In this document: positions 27,908 through 39,850 of the stretch, piece after piece | Numbering within the stretch: position 1 is the first letter of the stretch | Layout: each line of letters starts with the position of its first letter | Source of the DNA: Stegostoma tigrinum | Taxonomy: Eukaryota | Reading direction: 5' to 3' | DNA: 64,000 bases | Assembly: GCF_030684315.1 (NCBI RefSeq) | Contig: NC_081397.1 | Span: 9,114,001-9,178,000, forward strand | Translations under genes and position numbers: made by a program | Notes under the pieces: generated by a model | Databases searched by the model: none | The model's input: the letters and a program-made list of their open reading frames with translations, nothing else | Told to the model about the DNA's origin: nothing

Positions 27908-27989
27908 CTGCTGTTTGTTAGGACGAGCTGGTCACAATTGGCTTTGTACTGAAGAAATGATACATTGCCTTGTTCCTTCAAGCGTTTGT
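27908..27989 (-). other. Repeated 82-nt exon-like segment (module C, exon 3)
   Basis: AG|...CAG|GTATGT; open frame KRLKEQGNVSFLQYKANCDQLVLTNS. Confidence 0.5.
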
Positions 27990-28011
27990 CTGCAGGAAGG
28001 AAAAAACAGAT

Positions 28012-29778
28012 AGCTCCTGTAAACCGTCATCAGATGGGTTTGAAAACATTTAACTGATCAATTCAACATTTCGCTAATAAACATTCAGATATTTAAATTA
28101 TCACCAGGAATTCGAACAGAACTGTGGGCCTGATTGCACTCTTGCCCTGAGCTGCACTACATTTGATCAATTTTGAAAAATTCAACTCTGAGTGATGCAC
28201 AGAAAGTAACCAACCCCCGTACAGCTCCATGACTGGAACTACCTAATGCAAGCTTGTCTGTGCATATGAGTTTAGTTACTGATCCATTCATGTCATTTCA
28301 TTCATCTCAATCTCTACATTTTTATAATGTGTGCATACATTTATCAAATCATGACAACTTCAAACACACATGCCTGACAAATGAGAAAAACCAAGGAACT
28401 GCAGATGCTGGAAATCAGCAACAAAAGTAGAAATTGCTGCAAAATCTCAGCAAGTCTATCAGCATATGAGTATGGAAATGAATGTTCTGAAGTTGAACCT
28501 CTGTTCTGAGGAAGTGTGACGGGACCTGTATTATTACTTGCTTTGTTTCCACGTGGATGGACTGACAGGTACAGGTACTGACTGACTCAGAACTAGTTCA
28601 AAATACAGACATCATAACTAAAGATGTGATCCAAGGACTAACAGCTATAGAGTTCCATTTAAACTCCAGCAACAGATACATGATCTATACAAAATTATTA
28701 TCACTCACACATATCTAGTCATAGACAACAACAGCACAGCAAACAGTCCTGTCTCTCCAAGCCAGCAATGATAGAAACAACAAGCCAATAATTACATCCA
28801 TTCAGCCAGCATTCAATTTCCATAAATGTATCACGGTGGCAGGGGAACTACCATCTCCACCTTTATCGCAGGATTGTTCTCAAATTCTTCATCTTGTGGA
28901 ACTAGAATTTTTTTGTTCTGTTGTACGCTAGAAGATTTTATAATCATGGACATTTATTTAAAAAAATAATAATTTAAATCATAACTGGCTCTCCACTTCA
29001 CATGAAACATTTAAAATGCTCAGTTTTCGAATGCAGGAAGATTGAAGGATCAATGGAGTGTGGCTGTCCGTCTTGTTCCATAACAACGGTTCTTTTCAAA
29101 AAAAAATCTCATTATCTAAAACCTGGGTACTCACCCAATGGTCCTCAGTATTAAATTTTAGTTTCCAAATTCTTCACAAAATAATTTGGCTCTCCTCTTT
29201 TGATGGTCTGTCACATATGGACCAAGTTCTGAAGGATAATAGAATGAAACCTGCAGGGCTATGGGATGTGTGCAGGAAGGTGTGATTGTGATGGCCATCT
29301 GGGGGTGTTTGGGTCAGCATGGACATGATGCACCAAATGACCTCCTTCTGTTCTGTACCATTTTTACAATGATTGATTGGTCTAGACCAATGTTTCCCTG
29401 TCAGTCTCTGCTGTGTAATACAGAAGTAATTTGCCAAAGATTTAGAGGGACACATTGATAACTACACACACACATTCAACAGGTAGCAACTGACATGCAT
29501 GGATCAGTAACTAAACACATATGCACAGACAAGCTTGCATTAGGTAGTTCCAGTCATGGAGCTGTACGGGTGTTGGTTACTTTCTGTGCATCACTCAATT
29601 AGAGTTGAAGTTTTTAAAATTGATCAAATGTAGTGCAGCTCAGGGCAAGAGTGCAATCAGACCCACAGTTCTGTTAGAATTCCTGGTGATAATCTAAATA
29701 TCTGAATGCTTATTAGCTAGATGTTGAATTGATCAGTTAAATGTTTTCAAACCCATCTGATGACGGTTTACAGGAGCT
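28012..29778. repeat. ~285-bp inverted repeat pair (28012-28295 / 29491-29778) enclosing ~1.2 kb
   Basis: The arms align by eye as reverse complements with only scattered mismatches. Confidence 0.85.
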
Positions 29779-29789
29779 GTTTTTTTTTG

Positions 29790-30640
29790 TGTCAGTTTTT
29801 GCTGCATGCCAGCATGAGCATATTTACCAATCTGTAACTTTCAGTTTCTCCCGTGTGTATCTGACAGTGTAGTTATAAATCTGTTATAACAAGGCACAGA
29901 GCTGGATGAACACAGCATGCTAAGCAGCATCAGAGGAACAGGAAAGCTGATGTTTCGGGCCTGGGCCCTTCTTCAGAAAGTTGTAGAGGTGTGAATACAC
30001 TTATCATAGTTTGCCCGTCAGTTTCAGGGGTGTGTGTGTGTGTGTGTCAATGAATGAAGTTGTCAATCTGTCCCTGTCAGTATCTGAAATCAGAATATTC
30101 AAATGTGTTTGTGTAATTGTCAGTCTATCCCTGATACATTCATGGAGCAGAAACTGAGGTTTTGTTTTCAATATATTCCTGTCAGTTTCTGCTTGGGGAA
30201 TGTGTGAGCATTTTTATAAACCTGTACCTAGCAGTTTCTGTATCATCAAGACAGGAATTTAGTTATTAATCTGTACCTGTTAACTTTGGATTTGTGAAGA
30301 ACTGGGTGTAGCTATTGATCTGTATTTGTCAGTAGCTGCTCGTGAAGATGTGATTGTAATTATCAAACTGTCCCTCTCAGTTTCTGCTGTGTCATATGTG
30401 AGTTTAGTTGTCAATCAATACCCATCCATTCCTGCGTCATGAATGTGGGAGTGCATTGCAAAAAAAATGTCAAATTTCTGTGAATGTGCAAATATAGATC
30501 ACAATCTCTACATTTTCATAATGTGTGCATATATTTATCAATCTGTACCTGTCAGTTATTTTGCATTCTGAATGTGTGCATAATTGTCATTGTCCCTGTC
30601 GTTTTCTGATACGTGAAGACAAGAGTGTAGTTATCGATAT
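29790..30640. repeat. Degenerate ~49-bp tandem repeat array (PLE fragment at ~29885-29980; resumes 31710-31950)
   Basis: Same unit. Confidence 0.75.
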
Positions 30641-30644
30641 ACAA

Positions 30645-31702
30645 AGAATAAAGAGAACAAAGAAAATTACAGCACAGGAAAATACCCTTCCGCCCTCCAA
30701 GCCTATGCCGATCGAGATCCTCTGTCTAACCTGTCATCTATTTTCTAAGGGTCTGTGTCCCTTTGCTCCCTGCCCATCCAGATACCTGTCCAAATAGATC
30801 TCAAAAAATGCTAATGTGTCTGCATCTACTACCTCCACTGGCAACGCATTCGAGGCACCCGTCACCCTCTGTATAAAGAACTTTCCACACATATCTCCCT
30901 TAACCTTTCATCCTCTCACTTTGAACTCAGGACCCATAGTAATTGAGTCCCCCACACTGGGAAAAAGCTTCTTGCTATCCACCCTGTCTATATCCCTCAT
31001 GATTTTGTAGACCTCATTCAGATCCCCGCCTCACTCTCCGTCTTTCTAATGAAAATAATCCTAATCTACTCAACCTCTCTTCATAGCCAGCACCCTCCAT
31101 ACCAGGCAACATCCTGGTAAACCTCCCCTGCACCCTCTCCAAACAGTCCACATCCTGTTGGTGATGTGGCGACCAGAACTGTACACAGTATTCTAAATGT
31201 GGCCGAACTAATGTCTGATACAACTGTAACATGACCTGCCAACTCTTGTACTCAATACCCCGTCCGATGAAGGAAAGCATGCCATATGCCTTCTTGACCA
31301 CACTATTGACCTGCGTTGCCACCTTCAGGGAACAAAGGACCTGAACACCCAGATCTCTCTGTTCATCAATTTTCCCTAGGACTCTTCCATTTACTGTATA
31401 GTACACCCTTGAATTAAATCTTCCAAAATGCATCACCTCGCATTTGCACGGATTGAACTCCATCTGCCCAACTCTCCAGTCTATTTATATTCTGCTGTCA
31501 TCTCTGACAGTCCCCTTCACTATCTGCTACTCCACCAATCTTAATGTCATCTGCAAACTTGCTGCACAGACCACCTACACCTTCCTCCAGATCATTTATG
31601 TATATCACAAACAACAGTGGTCCCAGCACAGATCCCTGTGGAACACGACCGGTCACAGGTCTCCAATTTGAGAAACTCCCTTCTACTGCTACTCTCTGCC
31701 TC
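30645..31702 (-). mobile_element. CR1 LINE RT and 3' end
   Basis: '[19 protein letters not shown]...KFADD', 'MEFNPCKCEVMHFGR...LEYCVQFWSP'. Confidence 0.9.
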
Positions 31703-33387
31703 AATGATATGTGATTGTCACTTTCTTCTCTCTGGCTGAGAGAGTATTTTCTCTCATTTCTGCCAGTCAGATCCTGCCCTGTAAATCTGAGAAACTAATT
31801 ATTAAGCTATACCTGTCGCTATCTGATTTGTAAATGCATTTATCATTCTCTCCCTGTCAAGTTTCTGCTGTGTAAATGTGCAAGTGAAGTTATCGATCTG
31901 TGACTGTCAGTTTCAGCTGAATATTGCTCTTTCAACATCTGCAGGTTTTCTTTGATGTTCAAATATCTGCTCATTAACATGAATAAGATTTTATCTGCAG
32001 CTATGTAAGGTGCTGTAAGTGAAACCGTCAGCGTTTATACCATTCGCTAACTCTAGCAGTGCGGCTGAAGTTTGAGTATGTTCCACAATATTCATTCTAT
32101 GGTACAGTTTAAGTTTTATTCTAATATTGGTCAGTCTCTGGTTTGAATGTGTTGAGTTTAATGTGCACATTTTTGTTGCAAGTTCACTGTACGAATCATT
32201 CTTAATTGTAAGTCAAAAAACTTGGTATCTGCTTGAACATATGTTATTTTCTGCCTGTTTTCAGGTCAATATTTAATTTCCTTCAGGTAGATTTAAAACT
32301 TTATATTCGGCAGTGGGTTCTGCTATTCAGTTTGTGGGGTAAACAAATTCAATGGCAATATAGGTTTCAATCTGTCACTTGTCCTGATATGCAATTCCTC
32401 CAGTTTGTACAAAAGGAAAAAAAAACTTTAGTTACCTCTCTCAGTCTAAGACACCGTTCGATATTTGGAGGTACAATGAATCTCTTGTTCAATCTACTAC
32501 TTGGACTACTTCATGGGAATTCAGTATGTCAAAAAATTCACACAATTTTTTTTGATGATGTCGCAAACAATTGATACTTAATTTATGACCATGGCCATTA
32601 CCATGTAGTTAAATCCTACAGGGAGTGCATGGAGATTGGAGAACTGAGCTCACTTTTTGTTCTGTTTGTCTCTTTCATAGAAGGCTAGCTCTCTGACCTG
32701 AAATCTGAGAGTAGAAATCATTTTTAGTGTTACATGTGCTGAGGCTTGAAGTGTACATGGTCTTCATGGCTATTAGATGTTGAGGAATGTGTGTTGGAAC
32801 GGTGCATGTATGTATTTGGAATACATTGTAAATCACTCAGTAAGTCGGTGCGTGTGTGCGCGCGCGCATGTGCAGTTTATGTTATGTGCTCTCAGTAACC
32901 ATTTTATGTCACACATTTGGAAGTCACATTATTTAATTCTTCTCTCTATGCATGGGACATCAATTTGTCAAAACATAGACACCGTCCTGCTCAGTTACTG
33001 ATAACGTGAATGTTTTCTTCCATATCTGTACTCACACTGTGCGAAGTAACTATGTAACTGCATGAACTATTTCTTCACCTTGACAGTAACTTGAAAAACA
33101 TGCTTACTAAATGCAGATTTAGTGCAGTTCCTCGGTGTCCGTCTCAGATGAAGATTCAGTCTGTGACTTTTCAAAAATGTTGTAAATATCAGTAGGCTAT
33201 GAATGAAGAAAATTATAGCAACCGAGGAGGGGTGCATTGGGAAGAGAGAAAACAAACTACTTGTATTTTGTTGCTTGTATTTGACTGTTGGCTTGAATGC
33301 ATTTCTCTGGAAATTGAGATCACCGTGTCTCTGACTCAAACTGCTCTACGCCTGTGGAAATGATCCATTCTGACAGCGGTAACATAC

Positions 33388-33814
33388 CTGCTGTTTGTGA
33401 GAAGCAGCTGCTCACACTTGGCTTTGCACCAAGGAAATGATACACTGTCTTGGTCCTTCATGTATTTGCCTGGATGAAAACAGAAGAGAAACATTCTGTA
33501 AATCAGCATCAGCCAGGTTTGACAATCTCAAACAGATTAACGTACATTCAGTTGATAATTATTAGGATGTTTCTTTTCTTCAACTTCACCTGACAATGCA
33601 GCAGAGCTCCAAAAGCTTGAGATTTTAAAATAAACCTATTGGACTATAACACAAATCATGAGACTTCTGCCTTTTCTTTGAAGCCATCAATTCAAACACA
33701 GGTCTAACTCAGCGAGGTCCAGAAACTGAACAATTGCACAGCTGCATCTAAAGGTGCTACCTGAGGATGCTGTAATATTGACACAGTTTGTGTTACCAGA
33801 TCCCAACACACTAA
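33388..33814 (-). other. Module D exons 2 (33761-33814, 54 nt) and 3 (33388-33469, 82 nt)
   Basis: AG/GT-flanked and phase compatible: xSVLGSGNTNCVNITASS-G-KYMKDQDSVSFPWCKAKCEQLLLTNS. Confidence 0.5.
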
Positions 33815-36344
33815 CTGTTGTAAAGAAGCACAACAGACACTATTTCAAATGTTTTTGCTCGAGACATATAATCCATTGACTCCAATCTGCGTCCTTTACA
33901 GGATTCTTATATTTCCACCATCTTGTCTGTGTTTCCACTATTCTTTGCACAATGACGATAAACAGTGTGAAACAGTAGCCAAACAAGCAGCATTTGGGGC
34001 AGGGCCACCAATGGCATGGACTGCTTTTCCCAATAATTCCCAACAACAAACATCAATGGGTCATTCCCTAACTCCCTTCTCTCCCACTGTGAAGAAAGCA
34101 ACTGGGGCTGTGGGGAAAAGGGCAGAGAATGCTTCAACCTGAGGCGTCGGCCCTTTGTGGAGCAATAATAGAGCTCTTCCCCAGGTCATGTTAATAACTC
34201 CCTGCCTCCAGCTCTCTCAGAATTGAATGAGCAATGTTCGGGCTGCCCAAGTCTAAGAGACACCGAATGGCTGGCAGCTAAGCTGTTCCTCTAGCCCTGC
34301 TGCCTATGACTGACACGTGGTTAAACAGAACGAATGAAGAAAGCCTGCTCCAGCATTTAACAAAGACACAATGGTACTTTGGAGAAGAGGTTATTCCGAG
34401 GCAAAAGGGAGCATTGCACAAACAACAGCTGCAAGATTTGTTGGAGACAGTTTGAAGGTTTGCAACAAAGATTGAAGGGGACAGTAAATTCTGCAAGAAA
34501 CAAACAGTTGAACTCATGGGATTATGGCTCATAAAAAAATCTACAGAATCAAACAAGTTCATTAAAATTGATAAGCAATTGACTTCAGTCCCTTTAATGA
34601 AAGGATGTTGTCCCATTAGATGAATATAGTTAGTTAGGACAAGGGGTGTCAATCATCCCAAAGACAGCTGGCCTAGCTAATCATGAAAACAGCAGATAAC
34701 TCCATCTTGCAGCAATATTCACGCTATTAAGAAATTGGTTCCAGTTAAAGATCCTTCAGATGGATTTCAATGTAATTCTAAATCTATATATAAGCATTAG
34801 GGGAGAAGATTCAAACATGGGTATGAAAGTTAATTAGTCACCAGAAGGTTTCCTATGTCACTAAAGGAATGCCTGGTGCATCCAATAAGAAGCAAATGGC
34901 TCACAATTCATTAGCTCCAACAGAGCTAAGAGTAGGGTAAGCATAATGCTTTAAATAAAACTCACTTTATAATACAATTAATATCATGAATCTCACAGCA
35001 AGTCGTAAGAATCAACTCAGCAATAGTAAGCCCTGCCAATGCTGCAGTTGGAGATAACACAATGTGGAGCTGGAGGAACACAGCAGGCCAGGCAGCATCA
35101 GAGGTGCAGGAAAGTTTAAGTTGTGGGTCAGGACTCTTCTTCAGGAGCATCAACTTTCCTGATACTCTGATGCTGCCTGGCCTCCTAGTAGGAGTCAACT
35201 GTCTGTTTTATTATAATTCAGACAGTGGGAAAATAAGAGGAGTAACAGAATTTAATAGAGACACAAAATTAATACAATTGACAGCAGAATTCAAGCTAGC
35301 CTGATAGGTAAGCGATTCTGGGGCATGACTGAAGGTGTACGGCCAGTAACTTTGAAAAGCGAATTAATAGATGCATGGAAAGATCCCATGGCCTGGTGAT
35401 TACATTGTCTGTTAAACATTATCAGATTGTGGCGACTCTTGGCCTGGCTAATAGAGGGCCCATCTTCAATTAGGAGTTTCAAAGGATTCGTTGTATAGAA
35501 TAAGGGGAAAGGCACAGTGATCCCATTGCATTGAATCACTGCAACAAAATGTATAATACTGTATTCCACTGTGAGAATCAGAGTCATCAATCGCTTTCCA
35601 ATCTGAGCTAAAAATTAATGATGTAACTGCATCTTCAAGAGGGGTGGCTATGGCCCTCTCCCCGCATGATCTCGTGACTGGTTGACGAAATACTGCCACG
35701 GGCCTGAATTCCGCCTGCCCCGAGTCTTTGTCCTCGGTCTGGAGTTTCACTCCTGCAGGGAATCAAAGAAGTGGATTGAAAATTTGGCCCATTCAATTTG
35801 CTCCACTGTTCAATGACAATATCTGATCCAAGTGAGCCGTTATCTGTAGTATTAATTCACCTTGACCTTCGTCCCATAAATATTAATTCAATGTTGAAAG
35901 AACATACAGAGAAATGAAAGAAATGGGACATTCTCACTGAAGCAACACATAAGTATTGGATGACACCCTGTGTCACAGTGGTATCTAGGTGGAAGTGGTC
36001 GTGGGCTTGGAAGGCACTGTCTATGGAGCATTGGTGAATTCCAGCTGTGCATCTTCTGGAAGGTACACATTGCTGCTTGAGTATTGGTGTCTGAGGGAAT
36101 GGACGTTTGCGGATGTGGAGCCAATCAAGTGTTTCTCTCCTGGATGGTATCTTGCTTCTGGTGTGTTTGTGGAGCTGCACTCATCCGGGTAAGTGGGGCT
36201 AAACCATCACATTCCTGACTTGATCACATGAGATGTTGGACAGGATTTGGGGAAGCAGGAGACCAGACACTCACTGCAGGATACCCAGACTCTGACTTGT
36301 CCTTGCAGTATCTGTATTTATGTACAGAATCAGTTCGAGCATCA

Positions 36345-37090
36345 CAGCGTCCATGAGTGAAACAGAATGGGAACAGACCCTTTCATCCAACTGGTCTGCA
36401 ATAGATTAACATCCCAATCTGACCTCGTCCCATTTGCCAGCATTTTGCACATATCCCTCTCATGTCGACCTGTTCATCTACCCGTCCAATGGTGTTTAAA
36501 ACTTATCATTGTACCCTCCACAAGGCGTACCTCTGTCAGCTTGTTCCAGACATGCCCCACACTCTGCACTAAAGAAATCTCCCTCAGGTCTCTTTTAACA
36601 TTGACCCTCTCACTGTAAACCTATGCCCTTAAGGTTTCGGCTCCACCACCCGAGAAAAAGAGACCATGGCTATTCACCCTATCCATGCCCCTCATGACTT
36701 TATAAACCTCTACAAGGTCACCCCTCGGTCTCTGACGCTGCAGGGGAGAAAGCCCGAGCCTGTTCACCCTCTCCAAACAGTTCACACCATCTGGTCCAGC
36801 TAACATCTCTGTAAATATTTGCTGCGCCCTCTCCAGTTCAACAACTTCCTTCCGACAGCAGTTTGGCCAGAACTTTAAGCAGTAAAAGTGGACCCAAAAC
36901 ATTTCCTGTACAGCCACAACATGACATCTCAACTCCTATTCTCAATGCACTGACCAATGAAGGCAAACACTTGCTTCACCACCTTATCTACTTGCGACTC
37001 CACTTTCAATGAACTACGCACACAAACACCTTGGCGTCTTTGTTGGGGAACACTTCCCACGGCCCTCCTATTAACTGTCAAACCCCTCTC
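36345..37090 (-). mobile_element. CR1 LINE 3' fragment
   Basis: 'LERAQQIFTEML...RGDLVEVYKVMRGMDRVN'. Confidence 0.8.
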
Positions 37091-38242
37091 CTGTTTTGAA
37101 CAATGAGAATGTGAGAGTTATTATCATTCTTTTCTTGTCAGTTACTGCAACGTGAACAAGAGCAACTATTAATGTATGCCTTTCCGTTTCTGTTATGTCC
37201 ATTTGTGAGTTTAGTAATTGTTGCAAACACCAGTTTTTGCTGTGTGACTGTGAGAGTGAAGTTCTCAATCCAAAATAATCAATTTCTACTCTTGTGCATC
37301 AAAATAGTTTTATTCTCTGGCTACCAGTGATATTCTGTGACTGTGCTTCAATCTGAGAGAATAGTTATGAGGGCGTAGAGAGTGAGCCTTAACCCCATTT
37401 CCATTTGCAGTTTATGAGCTTTCTGTCAGTCTGAGGGGGTAAGGAGGTGGAGAGCAGATTATATTCCCAACAATTTGTGGAAACAGTTGAAGAGTACAAA
37501 TGTTCTAGAGCAAGCACAATGGGCTGAATGGCCTGCTTCTGACATGTACTTGGTCTGTATTTCTGAGGCATTTTCATGAATCCAAGTGTTGGATAGTGCG
37601 TCAGTGTAAAGATATCATGTAGAAATGGACAGACAAGCTTATTTTTCTTTTAAAAAAAGCTGGCCCTGTGAGTCAGTGTAGGCTGTTTCCAGTTTTACTG
37701 AGATACTTAGTTTCACTTTGTACTGGGATATTGAGTTTTTTTTCATTTATTTATTTGGAGAATTTTATTCTGTATCTGACAGACCACGCTGCATTCTCTA
37801 CTTGTCAGGCTTTGGCAGAGAAAGTGCATTTGCATTTCACATTATTTAATTTCTGTGTCTTTGTATGGGACATCATTCATCAAAAGATAATTTTAGTCCT
37901 AAATAAAAACTCAAAAAACTTCAGGTGCTGCAAGTCAGAAACAAACATGGAATTTGCTGGAAACGCAAAGCAGGTCTGGCAGCACGTGAAGAGAAATCAT
38001 GGTTAACTTTTCAAACACTTCCTCAGTTCTGCGCAAAGGTCACTGGATCCGAAACATTAATTCTGATTTCTCTTCACGCATGCTGCCAGGCCTGCTGAGC
38101 TTTTCCAGAAAATTCTGTTTTTGTTTACTATTTCTGTCCTCAGTCACTGACAAACATCAAAAGTTTCCTTCCATATTTGTACTCAATACCTACTCCATAT
38201 AATGGTCATTGTAACAACTTGATCTGTTTGTATCAGACTTAA

Positions 38243-38432
38243 ATGGAACTGCAGATGCTGGAGAATCCGAGATAACAAGGTGTGGAGCTGGATGAAGACA
38301 GCAGGCCAAGCAGCATCTCAGGGGCAGGAAAGCTGACATTTTGGGCCTAAACTTTTCATCAGAAACATCAGCTTTCCTGCTCCTATGATGCTGCTTGGCC
38401 TGTTGTGTTCATCCAGCTCTAAACCTTGTGAT
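38243..38432. mobile_element. Short PLE-derived hairpin element
   Basis: PLE terminus followed by its own reverse complement. Confidence 0.7.
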
Positions 38433-38754
38433 CAGGTTGTATACCTGGATTATAACTATAAAAATACCCTCGCTTAATGTGAATTCAATGTAGTTATTGA
38501 GAGTATATTTGTGACATAAATTCAATCTATTCTCTTCAAATGCTGTGAATGACAATGGGCTGTCAAAGATAAACTTTACTGGAACTGGGTTAGTTTATAT
38601 TGAGAAGAGGAAAAAAAAGGTTACATTTTGTATTTTGTTGGTGGCATTTGTTCGCTGGTTTAATTGTTTCTTTCTGGAAATTGCGTTCAATGCGAGTCTT
38701 ACTTAAACCGCGACTGTGGAAAGCACAGTCTCCGCTCTGACAGTGGGAACATAC

Positions 38755-39850
38755 CTGCTGTTAGTAGGAGCAGCTAGTCACACTTGGTGTTGCACCACGG
38801 AAACGTGACATTGTCTTGACACATCAGATAATTGCCTGGAGAAAGACAAAAGAGAATTCTCCCGTAAATCGACATCTACCGAGTTTCAAAATATCAAAGC
38901 TCATCAATAGAAAATTTCGTGAATACTCATGATAATTCCTTGTTTTAAAGCCAACGAGTCGAACAGAAAAGGGTCCGGTTACACAACTAACCCGGGTTCC
39001 TCCTCTATCTTTTAGCGAAATTCTAAAACAATTTACTAAGATACAAAAGCTAACCAGATCCACGAATGGAATGCTTACACGGTTCAATATCCAGCTCCCA
39101 ATACACGAACTATTGAAGGGAAGCACAACAGGCACGATTTCAAATATTTTGCTGGAAACTCTTAATCCGGTGACTGCTATGTTTCTCCTTCGCGGGATGA
39201 GCCCGTTTGCACACACTGCTTTGTTTTATTCACGGTTCAATGCAAACTCGCAACTAACAGCGTGAAACAGCAGCCAAACAATGAATTTCCATCAGTGTTT
39301 AGAAGACTAAAAGCTACAAGCCTGACCCCCAGCAGCAGCTTCTTGCCGCTGCGTCTCCCTCAGCAGGCCCACACACAGCCCGAGAAAGGCCTCTCTCTCC
39401 CCGCCCCCAGGCCGCTCACTCCAAGTTCCGGGACCAGTTCCTGCTCCGCTCTCTGATAAAGGGTCTCGGCCCGAAACGTCAGCTTTTGTGCTCCTGAGAT
39501 GCTGCTTGGCCTGCTGTGCTCATCCAGCCTCACATTTTATTATCCTGCTCCGCTCGGCCTCTTACCAACAGTCCCCGGGTCTCCCTGAACTGAGCCCGAA
39601 TCAATGCCGGTCTCGGAGCCCACTCTGTGTCCCAGACTCACATCTCGATGCGCTGCTGGAAGGAGCCTGCTGTTCCCTCGCTTCCCTGGGCGCTGGTCTC
39701 TCCATTGCGGCCTGTTTCAAACAAACCTCTTCCACTCACTGACTCAATGCCCCTCAATAGCGGCTCAGCGGAAAGCTTCACGCATGCGCTCCTCTGGTCA
39801 GCAACAAGCAGCTTTTTCGGGGTGGGCATAGCAAGGATCACGCATGCGCT
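38755..39850 (-). pseudogene. Module E: CpG/NRF1 first exon (coding 39642-39705), exon 2 remnant, exon 3 (38755-38835, in-frame TAG)
   Basis: Two CACGCATGCGC motifs (39779, 39839). PLE insertion 39452-39542 with 13-bp duplication TCCTGCTCCGCTC. Confidence 0.55.
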
